This document shows, one piece after another, positions 48,425-57,517 of a stretch of DNA of 64,000 bases. Source of the stretch: an uncultured delta proteobacterium (GTDB lineage: Bacteria > Desulfobacterota > Desulfobacteria > Desulfobacterales > UBA11574). The notes below the pieces were generated by a model. It saw nothing but the letters and a program-made list of their open reading frames with translations, made no database searches and was not told where the DNA came from. Made by a program: the position numbers and the translations under genes. The stretch covers positions 30,857 to 94,856 of the forward strand of contig CAWBNO010000013.1 of NCBI GenBank assembly GCA_963790095.1, given 5' to 3'. Numbering within the stretch: the stretch's first letter is position 1; each line of letters opens with the position of its first letter.

Positions 48425-49006
48425 AAGTTATAACGTGTTGGAATTAACATAAAAGATGTTCTGGGACAAATTGAACAAATTAAAGGGTGCGCAAATTGTG
48501 CGCATTTTATGGAAATTTACGGTCTATGTGCGAAATATATTTGCACTCACGATGTTGCTGTGGTATTTGAAAGCGTTAGTAGGTGAGAATGTTAACCAAA
48601 TTCGAATGAGAGCTGCACGTTGGCAACTGAAATACAGTATGTTGTATTTATAGAAAAGTATCAAGCAGATTCTCTTGGATGACTTAAACCATCTGCCCGA
48701 TAACACGCCAAATTCGAGTTAATTAACTTAACGTCTCGGGAATTCTACAGTTTATTGGAAATGAAGGTGTTTTTTAGGCGTATACTTTTAACTCGGACAT
48801 GGAATAATAATTTAAATAAGATGACATTCCTCTATTTAATTCCCGTAAATAGGAATTTTACAATAACCCAATGTTCCATCATTCCAATTGTGCCCTGCCC
48901 GCTCGTACCTTGCAATGACAGGCGGGACGAAGCGAACTAAGTTCTGTTTTCAGTATAATTCGCAACGAACCTCTCTTGTTTGACCGGAGGCAACCTTGGG
49001 TGTTTT

Positions 49007-50761
49007 ATGAGAATCCTGAAATTAAAACGGCTGTACCTGCCCGCCCTGTCCATCCTTGCCGTGGTGGTTCTTCTGCTCGTCCTCATCAGTATCTCCACCT
49101 ACCGTAATTTGAAACGGCAGGAAAAGACCGTCTTGACTTTTGTACATCAGCAGGGGTTGGCCATCCTCCATACGTTGGAAGCCGGTGCCCGGTCCGGCAT
49201 GGTAATGAATCAATGGGGAAAAGATTCCATTGGGAACCTTATAATGGAAACCGGAAAAGATGAAAACATTGCATATGTCTATCTCATCGATTCACAGGGT
49301 ACCGTTGTCCACCATTCAAATCCGTCGTTTGGGGGCATGTCTTCAGCCTGGCGCCCGCAGTTGGACGATGAGAATCCAGTCCAAAGCCGGGTTAGAAAGC
49401 TGGCGGACGGCACCCAGGTGTACGATCTGGCCAAACGCTTTTCTCCACGCCCATCGTTGCTTATGAATCAAGGTCAAAAAGGAATGATGGGCCCCGGCCC
49501 CGGTATGTCTTCCCATAACCATTCAGACAGCGTCATTGTTCTGGGACTTAAAATGACGGCCTTTGAAGCGGCCCGCCGCTCGGATATTCATCATGCCGTG
49601 GTTATGGCGGCCATTCTTGTGGCCCTGGGAACCGGAGCGCTGTTCTTCATATTTGTCATCCAGAACTATTATCTGGTGGACAGGACCCTTGAACAGACTC
49701 GGGACTATACCCGGCAGGTGGTGGCCAACATGGCCAACGGCCTCCTAAGTATCGACCCGGAAGGCCGCATTCGCTCATATAACCGGCTATCACTGGAATT
49801 GCTGGGACTCAAAGAGGCCGGGATCGATGGAATGGACCTGAAATCGGTGATGGACTTCCAGGAAACCGGCATTGACCGAACCCTTTCAATACGTCAGCCG
49901 GTGTTTGAACGAGAATACCTTCACCGACAAAAATCCGGTGCGCTGATGCCGATGACCCTGAGCGTCACGCCGATCCTTGACGAGAAACAGACCTGCACCG
50001 GGGCCGTTATCGTACTCAGGGACTTGAGGGAAATCAAGAAACTGGAGGAGAAGATCCGGCATTCGGAAAAACTTGCGGCCATCGGGGAACTGGCTGCCGG
50101 GGTCGCCCATGAAATCCGAAACCCCCTCAGCTCCATCAAGGGATTTGCCCGGTTCCTGGCCCATTCTCTTTCGGATCGGGTCCAGGAAAAAGAATATGCT
50201 GAAATTATGGTCAAAGAAGTCGATCGGATTAACCGTGTGGTCAATGATCTGCTTACGTTTGCACGTCCGTTGGAGCCCGAACTGGCACCGACAGATGTCC
50301 TGGAGCTGGGGGAACATACCATGCGGCTGGTGGAAACCGATGCACGGTCCCGTGACATAAAGATCCGCAGTATCATCGATCCGGATTTAAAGCGTTTTTT
50401 TCTGGATGCCAATCAGATCACCCAGGCACTGCTCAATCTCATGCTGAATGCCCTCCAGGAAGTCGATAACGGTGGGAGTATAGACGTGGGTGCGGATGTC
50501 AATGAATCGGGCACCCGGCTGAATATTTGGGTGGAAGACGACGGACCGGGGATTCCCCGGGATAAAAAGAAAAAGATTTTCGATCCTTTTTTTACCACCC
50601 GGCAAAAAGGCACCGGGTTGGGGCTTGCCATTGTTCATAAAATCGTTGAAAACCACCGGGGTGAAATTTGGGTGGAAAGCCCGTTGCCCGGAAAAACCCG
50701 AGGGAGTCGATTTGTCATGAGCCTTCCGGTGGACCCGCCGGGCATTGATGAGAAGCCGTAA
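49007..50761 (+). CDS. ZraS-like sensor histidine kinase
   Basis: TM, periplasmic domain, TM, PAS. H-box HEIRNPLSSIKGF, N-box LLNLMLNALQE, G-boxes DDGPGI and GTGLGLAIVHKIV. Confidence 0.93.
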   Translation: MRILKLKRLYLPALSILAVVVLLLVLISISTYRNLKRQEKTVLTFVHQQGLAILHTLEAGARSGMVMNQWGKDSIGNLIMETGKDENIAYVYLIDSQGTVVHHSNPSFGGMSSAWRPQLDDENPVQSRVRKLADGTQVYDLAKRFSPRPSLLMNQGQKGMMGPGPGMSSHNHSDSVIVLGLKMTAFEAARRSDIHHAVVMAAILVALGTGALFFIFVIQNYYLVDRTLEQTRDYTRQVVANMANGLLSIDPEGRIRSYNRLSLELLGLKEAGIDGMDLKSVMDFQETGIDRTLSIRQPVFEREYLHRQKSGALMPMTLSVTPILDEKQTCTGAVIVLRDLREIKKLEEKIRHSEKLAAIGELAAGVAHEIRNPLSSIKGFARFLAHSLSDRVQEKEYAEIMVKEVDRINRVVNDLLTFARPLEPELAPTDVLELGEHTMRLVETDARSRDIKIRSIIDPDLKRFFLDANQITQALLNLMLNALQEVDNGGSIDVGADVNESGTRLNIWVEDDGPGIPRDKKKKIFDPFFTTRQKGTGLGLAIVHKIVENHRGEIWVESPLPGKTRGSRFVMSLPVDPPGIDEKP

Positions 50762-50799
50762 CATCCGACAATATATTATTTGTCAAATAAGGGAAAAAC

Positions 50800-52155
50800 A
50801 TGAAACCGAAAATCCTAATTGTCGATGACGAAACCGCACATTTAAAGATGCTTGAAACTGTGCTTTCGGCTGAAGGATATCAGATACAACCGGCGGAGGA
50901 CGGACAAACGGCAATTGCCGCCGTGGAAGAGCGCTTCTATGACCTCATATTGATGGACATCCGCATGAATCGGATGGGTGGAATCGAGGCGTTGAAAAGA
51001 ATTAAGGAAATCAGTTCCGGGATACCGGTCATCATGATGACCGCCTATTCTTCAGTAGGCACGGCCGTGGATGCTTTAAAATCAGGCGCCTATGATTATT
51101 TGACCAAGCCCCTGGATATCGATGAGCTCAAAATCCTGGTGAAAAAAGCATTGCATCATCACCAGCTGGAACTGGAAAATGTTTATCTGAAGGAAAGGTT
51201 GGAAGATCGCTTCGATTTTTCGAATATCATCGGCCGAGGTTCCGCCATGAAACAGGTATTGGAAACCATCGCATTGGTGGCACCCACCGAAGCCACCGTG
51301 CTCATAACCGGTGAAAGCGGAACGGGCAAGGAACTCATGGTCAACGCCATCCATCAAAACAGCCCGCGAAGGGAAAAACCCCTGATCAAGGTCAACTGTG
51401 CCGCCCTGTCCGAAACCCTATTGGAAAGCGAGTTGTTCGGCCATGAAAAAGGTGCATTTACCGGGGCGCTGAAATATCGACAGGGCCGCTTTCAACGGGC
51501 CCATCAGGGAACCATATTCCTGGATGAAATCGCAGAGATGGCGCCCCAAACACAGGCCAAGATTCTCCGTGTGCTTCAGGAGCGGGAGTTCGAACCCGTG
51601 GGCAGCTCGAATACGGTTCGGATAGACACCCGAGTGATCGCTGCAACCAACAGGAATCTGGACGAAGAAATTCAGGACGGCCGCTTCCGCGAAGATCTTT
51701 TTTATCGAATCAATGTGGTCACCCTCAGCATACCCCCCTTGCGCGAACGGCGAGACGACATCCCCCTACTTGCCGATTTTTTCCTTAAACAGTATGCGGA
51801 AAAGAACCGTAGGCTCATCAAGGGATTTACGCCCCGAGCCACCGATTTGCTCATGCGTTACGACTGGCCCGGAAATGTTAGAGAACTTGAGAACATGGTG
51901 GAACGGGCCGTGATTATGTCTCGCGGAGACATGATCACTCCCGACGAATTCTCCGATGTCTTGCGAGCACTGGACCCGGAGGTGACAAAACCTGAAATCG
52001 ATCTCACGCCGGGAAGATCACTCAAAGATGTTGAAAAACAGATGATCCTAAGAACCCTGGCGGAGACCGACGGTAATCGAACCCATGCGTCAAAGATACT
52101 GGGTATCAGCCGTCGGACCCTGCAGATTAAACTGAAAGCGTATGGAATTAATTAG
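50800..52155 (+). CDS. sigma54-dependent response regulator (ZraR/NtrC family)
   Basis: Receiver (ILIVDDE, LILMDIRM), AAA+ (GESGTGKE, ESELFGHEKGAFTGA) and a Fis HTH. Confidence 0.95.
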   Translation: MKPKILIVDDETAHLKMLETVLSAEGYQIQPAEDGQTAIAAVEERFYDLILMDIRMNRMGGIEALKRIKEISSGIPVIMMTAYSSVGTAVDALKSGAYDYLTKPLDIDELKILVKKALHHHQLELENVYLKERLEDRFDFSNIIGRGSAMKQVLETIALVAPTEATVLITGESGTGKELMVNAIHQNSPRREKPLIKVNCAALSETLLESELFGHEKGAFTGALKYRQGRFQRAHQGTIFLDEIAEMAPQTQAKILRVLQEREFEPVGSSNTVRIDTRVIAATNRNLDEEIQDGRFREDLFYRINVVTLSIPPLRERRDDIPLLADFFLKQYAEKNRRLIKGFTPRATDLLMRYDWPGNVRELENMVERAVIMSRGDMITPDEFSDVLRALDPEVTKPEIDLTPGRSLKDVEKQMILRTLAETDGNRTHASKILGISRRTLQIKLKAYGIN

Positions 52156-52371
52156 TTTCCATCCATAAATGGTCCTTTTTGCCCGGATCTGCGTTCTCCG
52201 CGGGTTTCCGGCTGCGGCATACAGGAAGTATGCCTCACCGAAAACCCTTGTGCGGCCTTGATCCAGACAAAAATTGCTCATTTATGAATTGGAAACGCAA
52301 CGTGCCTATTTAACAATTGTGGATGGACACTAATTAGTTTCCATCCGAAAATGGCCTTTTCCCGGGACGTG

Positions 52372-52818
52372 TTATTTTGGATTGGCTGTCTGAAATGATT
52401 GCGATGTTTTGGTCAACCAGTCATTTAAATTGAATTTTTGCTTTTCCAAATTTCGAATCGGCAAAAATTTAGGTTCCGGGAGGTTTGACCAGCTGAACCA
52501 ATCCCATTGGTCACACTTTTTAGGTTCTTTTACGGTTAATACGCCCGAATCGTATTCTGCGATGACAAATAGGGTGATATAATGCTTACTTTCCGCCTCA
52601 AAAATATCGTTGGTATAGGGTCCAAATCTGAGATTTTGTATTTTTAAACCCGTTTCTTCGAAAAGTTCTCTTCTGGCACAATCTTCTATGGATTCTTCGA
52701 ACTCCAAATGGCCCCCTGGAAACTGCCAGGTGCCCGATCCGTGTGAACCCACACGTCTTCCAAGAAGAATCTTAGCGTCTTTGACAACGATGATTGCGAC
52801 GCCAACTAAAGGTCTCAT
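52372..52818 (-). CDS. NUDIX hydrolase
   Basis: Nudix box GGHLEFEESIEDCARRELFEETGL; 148 aa. Confidence 0.92.
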   Translation of the reverse strand: MRPLVGVAIIVVKDAKILLGRRVGSHGSGTWQFPGGHLEFEESIEDCARRELFEETGLKIQNLRFGPYTNDIFEAESKHYITLFVIAEYDSGVLTVKEPKKCDQWDWFSWSNLPEPKFLPIRNLEKQKFNLNDWLTKTSQSFQTANPK

Positions 52819-53016
52819 AGGGTTTTTCCTTGTTCATCGATGGTTGTCTGTTTTTAAATCATTGAAATAACGAAGCCACTCCGCCAACCCGCCTGCCATG
52901 CGAGGTACGAGCGGGCAGGTATCGTTACACGGGGAAGCGCACCCCCTGAACACGTACCCGGAATTTATCCAGCAATATATTTATCCGGCATGATATAGGG
53001 GTGACGGGGTTATATT

Positions 53017-53496
53017 TTAGGGTATGGAAAGGAATTCCAAAAGGCCCAAAACCGCATCCTCGATATCGAGAAAACAAAAACGGTATGCGTCGTAATTAAG
53101 TCCATAGGGATCCGCAACGCCTCGGTTTCGTGAGCCAAAGCGTGCAAAATGCCGTATCAAAAAAACCTTGTTTGCTGCCATGGAAAAGTCGGTTAGGAGG
53201 GCATCTTTGTGGGAATTTTCCATGACCAGGATCAGGTCTGATCCGGTGACCAGTTTTTCAGATACAAGTTTTGCCTGGTGTTCGGTTAAATCGACACCGT
53301 ACTCGGCCGCAACTTTTTGTGCAAGAAAAGTGGCCGAATTTCCGGGAAGTGCCAGTAAACCTGCTGATTCTGCACGAACGCCTTTATGCCCTTTTTGATC
53401 CGCAAGCTTTGTGAAAAGGCCTTGGGCAAAAGGACTGCGGCAGATGTTTCCAATGCAAACAAACAAGATATTCGATGGCGGATGGCTCATACGCAT
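53017..53496 (-). CDS. low-molecular-weight protein-tyrosine phosphatase
   Basis: CX5R(S/T) loop ILFVCIGNICRSP and C-terminal DPYG. Start trimmed to ATG 53496 or 53490, because the longer ORF (to 53607) runs into a palindromic repeat. Confidence 0.85.
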   Translation of the reverse strand: MRMSHPPSNILFVCIGNICRSPFAQGLFTKLADQKGHKGVRAESAGLLALPGNSATFLAQKVAAEYGVDLTEHQAKLVSEKLVTGSDLILVMENSHKDALLTDFSMAANKVFLIRHFARFGSRNRGVADPYGLNYDAYRFCFLDIEDAVLGLLEFLSIP

Positions 53497-53549
53497 ATGT
53501 TTTTTTACCCAAGATCCATATCTGAGAAATTGGATTCTGTCAAATCGAC

Positions 53550-53762
53550 CGTAGATGTTCAGGGGGGCGCTCCCCCGTGTCACTCCGACGTCTACGTGGC
53601 TGGTCATTTCAATGACTTAACAGCGGGGGCATTCCTGCCCCCTCCGCGTTCTCCCGCGAAAAGCATGCGGGAGCCGCGGTCTCCCCCACTGCTAAGTCAT
53701 TGAAATAACGAAGCCACTCCGCCAAAATCGTTACACGGGGGAGCGCCCCCCTGAACATCTAC
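53550..53762. repeat. Family-C 213-bp palindromic element with perfect 30-bp terminal inverted repeats (MITE-like)
   Basis: GTAGATGTTCAGGGGGGCGCTCCCCCGTGT (53550-53579) is the exact reverse complement of 53733-53762. Inner arms ATTTCAATGACT/AGTCATTGAAAT. Two internal 7-bp hairpins. Solo arm homologue at 52858-52955. Confidence 0.9.
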
Positions 53763-53785
53763 TATCAACAAAATATTTCAGAGAG

Positions 53786-54053
53786 GGGTAAGGCATCTCA
53801 TTTCGGTACAGCGAAGCGACGGTGTGTTTCTCTTGGAAATCGACTGACTGTTTGAAGGGCTTTAGCACGCGTTAGACCGAGCCGAATGAAATTATGATTT
53901 AAAACACCCATCGGATATTTTATCGATATTGTTCTTTATAACTCTGGCACGGCTCGGGCTTACGGGTGCTTAAGCACAAGTTTCAGTCGGTTGGAAAGAG
54001 ATATACGCCGTCGTGGAGCGTTCTCTCTATCGGGATTCAAATGCGTTTGCCCT
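53786..54053 (+). repeat. Family-A structured repeat, copy 3 (inverted relative to copies 1 and 2)
   Basis: Reverse complement aligns end to end with 190-459 and 24165-24436. It lies 201 nt upstream of the hydrolase start. Confidence 0.85.
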
Positions 54054-54158
54054 GCTATTTCAGAAGATTCTTCTCCAATTAAGTCGGGGAAGCGGGAACA
54101 AGGATTTGAGGATTCAATGGGACGTTTGTTCTCTAAAGGCGTAAGTTGGCAAAATACG

Positions 54159-54186
54159 TTGATTTTGGTTCGGTATCTGCTATAAA
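54159..54186 (+). promoter_or_regulatory. candidate sigma70 promoter for the hydrolase gene
   Basis: TTGATT (54159-54164), 16-nt spacer, TATAAA (54181-54186). Confidence 0.4.
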
Positions 54187-54254
54187 TTCAGAGAAGTTAC
54201 AGGCAAGGGCTTGATTCCGTTTTAACGGGGCACGGGAAGAGAGAGGTAAAAAAA

Positions 54255-55304
54255 ATGACAGAATACCTGACCGGAAAGTGTTCCCGCATTGTCTCGGATC
54301 ACGGCATCAATCCCGTTTCAGCGGGGCTTCGGGAAATTTTCAAAGGAAAGTTATGTGTCTTCCTGTCATGGGGCCTTATCCTGTTCGTCTCGATGTTTAA
54401 CGCCCATTGTTCTTCGGCTGGGCAGAGCAGGCCTAAATCCCAGAACGATGTGCCCCCCCTTCATGACGCACGGACTTCACCGACGGAAGATTACGCCATG
54501 GGCTGGTTTAAAGCCGAAACCCCGGATAACATAAACGGTGTGGCATTGGTCATTCACGGGCTCAATTTGCGGCCTTCTAAAATGGAATCCATCATTAAAT
54601 TGCTCACGGATTCTGGAATCGATGTGTTAAATTTATCGCTGCGGGGGCATGGACAAAATTATTTTCATGAAAAGGACGTCGACACCCGTGAAGCCCGCAT
54701 GGAAGCTTTTAAAACCGTATCGTACAAATTGTGGATGGATGAAACACATCGGGCATATGTCCACGCGAGAAAACGGGGTGATGAAAAAAAAGCCCCTTTG
54801 TTTTTGGTCGGTTTTTCCATGGGAGGGTTGATGGGTGCCGACCTGTTGGTATCGCATGGGGATGTTCGTTTTGACAGGATGGTGCTTTTAGCACCTGCAT
54901 TGGATATACATGGGCTCCATTATGTGGCAAAACTGCTGTCCTTGTTTCCAGGATTGGTCCTCCCGAGTTTTACGTCAAAGTCTTATCTTGCCAATAACGG
55001 GACACCCATGGCAGCGTACAATGCACTGTTTGAGACCATCCAGCATTTCAATCAACATGTCGGCGCGAAACTCAACGTCCCGACGATAATTTTTATAGAC
55101 CCGAAAGATGAATTGGTTTCGTACCGGAAATTAAAACAGAGGGTTGAAAAAGAGTCCCTGGATCGATGGCAAATTCGCCTTCTGGAAAAAGGGAAGACCG
55201 GCGTGCAGGAGAAAATGCATCATCTTATCATTGACGAACCGTCGGTGGGAACGGATACCTGGAACCAAATAAAGAGCGTCATGATCGAACATCTTTTGCC
55301 TTAG
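54255..55304 (+). CDS. alpha/beta-fold hydrolase (lysophospholipase/monoacylglycerol-lipase-like)
   Basis: VALVIHGLNLRP, nucleophile elbow GFSMGG, N-terminal TM/signal segment; 349 aa. Confidence 0.85.
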   Translation: MTEYLTGKCSRIVSDHGINPVSAGLREIFKGKLCVFLSWGLILFVSMFNAHCSSAGQSRPKSQNDVPPLHDARTSPTEDYAMGWFKAETPDNINGVALVIHGLNLRPSKMESIIKLLTDSGIDVLNLSLRGHGQNYFHEKDVDTREARMEAFKTVSYKLWMDETHRAYVHARKRGDEKKAPLFLVGFSMGGLMGADLLVSHGDVRFDRMVLLAPALDIHGLHYVAKLLSLFPGLVLPSFTSKSYLANNGTPMAAYNALFETIQHFNQHVGAKLNVPTIIFIDPKDELVSYRKLKQRVEKESLDRWQIRLLEKGKTGVQEKMHHLIIDEPSVGTDTWNQIKSVMIEHLLP

Positions 55305-55340
55305 GGTACGCTAAAAAAAGACATCGCAGAAATCGAAATA

Positions 55341-56597
55341 ATGTTAAAATCGCTGATAAAATATATAGAAAACAAACCGCTTGTCGGAGTGAAACGAAGA
55401 TCCCGTCATCGGGGAACCCTTGACCCCTGCCTACGACCCATAGGGCCTAGGGCCCGGAGGGAATCCTTGGACCCTCTTCTCCAACTTAATTGGAGAAGAC
55501 CCTCTTTTGTTAAATACCGGTTCGTTTGTTTGTGGAACGTCAGCGTTATTTTTTTCTTACTTTCCGGGGTCACATTGACCGGATGTGAATCGGTACGCTA
55601 CTATAACCACCTGATATCCGGTCAAATAAAGATTATCAATAAAAACGAGCCGATCCATCAATTGCTGGAGAACCCCCATGCCTCCGAAACGTTGAAAGCG
55701 CAGCTCCAACTTGTTCTGGATATTCGGACATTTGCCAAAAACGAGCTTTGTCTGCCGGTGAAAAATCAATACCTCAGTTTCGCAGATCTTCAACGACCCT
55801 TTGCCGCCTGGAATGTGTATGCAACCCCGGAGTTCTCTTTTACGCCCAAAACATGGTGCTATCCGGTGGTGGGCTGTACGGCGTACCGGGGATACTTTTC
55901 CGAGGAGGATGCCCGGGATTATTCCGACAAGTTGAAGAAACAGGGATATGACGTCTTTATGGGCGGTGTCGCAGCATATTCGACATTGGGTTGGTTCGAC
56001 GATCCGGTTTTAAGTACTTTCGTATATCGCAGCCATGTTAAGCTGGCGGCACTCATCTTTCACGAGCTGGCACATCAGCTGCTCTATGTGGAAGATGATA
56101 CGACCTTTAATGAAAGTTTTGCCACAGCAGTGGAACAGGAAGGTCTGCGTCGCTGGCTGGCGACAAAAAACGATCTCAATGCTCTGACGGATTATCAAAT
56201 CGATTACCAGCGGCGCCGGCAGTTTATCCAGGTGGTTATGAAATATCGTAAACAGCTTGAATCCCTGTACGCCGAAGATCTGCCAACGTTCACCAAAAGA
56301 GATGCCAAGGCACGGGTGTTCGACGGGTTGAGAGATGAATATAGACTTCTGAAACAGGAGTGGGAAGGATATCCCGGGTATGATCTATGGTTCAGCCAAC
56401 CACTGAACAATGCCCAGATGATATCCGTGTCCACCTATTATGACCTTGTTCCGGAATTTTTAAGACTTCTCCAACACACCGAATATAATCTTGAGATGTT
56501 CTACAAAGAATGTCAAAACCTGGCCCGACAAACAAAAGAAGAACGGCGTGCCCGCCTGGAGGAATATTCACATCCCAAAAGGGCGGAAACAAAATGA
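55341..56597 (+). CDS. putative zinc aminopeptidase lipoprotein (HELAHQ family); true start probably near 55530
   Basis: HELAHQ...ESFA zinc-protease motif. Lipobox-like FFLLSGVTLTGC at codons ~70-80. The first ~60 codons overlap a 10-bp perfect hairpin and palindromes that look non-coding. Confidence 0.75.
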   Translation: MLKSLIKYIENKPLVGVKRRSRHRGTLDPCLRPIGPRARRESLDPLLQLNWRRPSFVKYRFVCLWNVSVIFFLLSGVTLTGCESVRYYNHLISGQIKIINKNEPIHQLLENPHASETLKAQLQLVLDIRTFAKNELCLPVKNQYLSFADLQRPFAAWNVYATPEFSFTPKTWCYPVVGCTAYRGYFSEEDARDYSDKLKKQGYDVFMGGVAAYSTLGWFDDPVLSTFVYRSHVKLAALIFHELAHQLLYVEDDTTFNESFATAVEQEGLRRWLATKNDLNALTDYQIDYQRRRQFIQVVMKYRKQLESLYAEDLPTFTKRDAKARVFDGLRDEYRLLKQEWEGYPGYDLWFSQPLNNAQMISVSTYYDLVPEFLRLLQHTEYNLEMFYKECQNLARQTKEERRARLEEYSHPKRAETK

Positions 56598-56764
56598 CTC
56601 CGGGCGAACGTCGCTTGGGAAACCTCCCATTTTTCCTCGGATCGGTCCGTTACTTTGTCCAAAAGCCTGGTCCTTCTCCGTATGGCGGGATCTTCGATGG
56701 GCCATGCCTGTCCCGCATTGCGGAAGTCAGAGTTCTCCGGCTCTGGTTTGGAGTTGGGTGTCTT

Positions 56765-56910
56765 AAATCACAAATCCCAAGCACAAAATTCCAAATAAAT
56801 CTCAAATTCCAGATTCCAAACCGTTTCTAAAGCGATTGTTTTTTTGTTTGGGATTTTGAATTTGGTCATTGTTATTTGTTTGTTTTTTGGGATTTGTTAT
56901 TTGGAATTTT
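56765..56910. repeat. AT-rich ~145-bp imperfect palindrome built from AAATCCCAA / AAATTCCAA units
   Basis: The left arm ...CAAATTCCAGATTCCAAAC mirrors the right arm GTTTGGGATTTTGAATTTGG. It lies in a 650-nt non-coding gap. Confidence 0.7.
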
Positions 56911-57247
56911 AATAAGTCAATGAACTTTCAATAAAGCAAATCCCCTCTGGGGATAAAAAAAGCCGATCCTTCTCCGCCCCATACCAAACCCCTGCAACTT
57001 TAGTTGACATCGCAACTCTGTGTGAATGTCCTATAACCTCTCGATATTACAAATATTAAACTCTTTAAACCCCTGAATCCCCGCAACTTAAATTGCGGGC
57101 CTTCCCAAGGCCTTTTTGCATCTTTAGAAGAAAAAAATCAAATAAAATCGAATGGATATACAGGATGCATGTTGGTGGCATGTCTTTTGCTCTATCCAGA
57201 GGGCAAAAACATGAATAAATGGCCGCAGACGTTTCTGGGTACAGGTT

Positions 57248-57493
57248 GTGTGCCATGGTCAAGGAGTCGTGTCACCCGTGAAAAAGATTATCGGAAAAGA
57301 AGAACTCGAAACCCCAGCCCCGGATCCCATTACATTCAACGGAGAACTCCCCTCTATCGAGCAACTGGTGCATCTCCTTGCGGCCGAGGCAATGAAACGG
57401 GCTGTGGGAAACACGGAGGCTGTGGCCGAAATGCTGGGTATTTCTCAGGGTGTGGTGGGCAAATACCTTAAAATAAAACGGCAAGAAGAGTGA
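57248..57493 (+). CDS. small Fis-type HTH protein (start may be GTG 57278)
   Basis: The C-terminus LLAAEAMKRAVGNTEAVAEMLGISQGVVGKYLK matches the Fis/NtrC-type HTH pattern. AAGGAG lies upstream of GTG 57278. Confidence 0.5.
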   Translation: MCHGQGVVSPVKKIIGKEELETPAPDPITFNGELPSIEQLVHLLAAEAMKRAVGNTEAVAEMLGISQGVVGKYLKIKRQEE

Positions 57494-57517
57494 CTTATGG
57501 TGAAGGAGACATCGATC

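Noticed and set aside
53943-53960. TGGCACGGCTCGGGCT inside family-A copies as a sigma54 promoter
   Set aside because: The -12 element is GGGC rather than TTGC, and the GG of the -24 element is lost in copy 2 (TCGCAC). The motif is better explained as part of the conserved stem.
56510-56830. 106-aa ORF (and 56491-56766) downstream of the aminopeptidase gene
   Set aside because: It overlaps the 3' end of the aminopeptidase gene and runs into the AT-rich palindrome. It has no SD, and its C-terminus is a translation of the repeat units (KSQIPSTKFQINLKFQIP).
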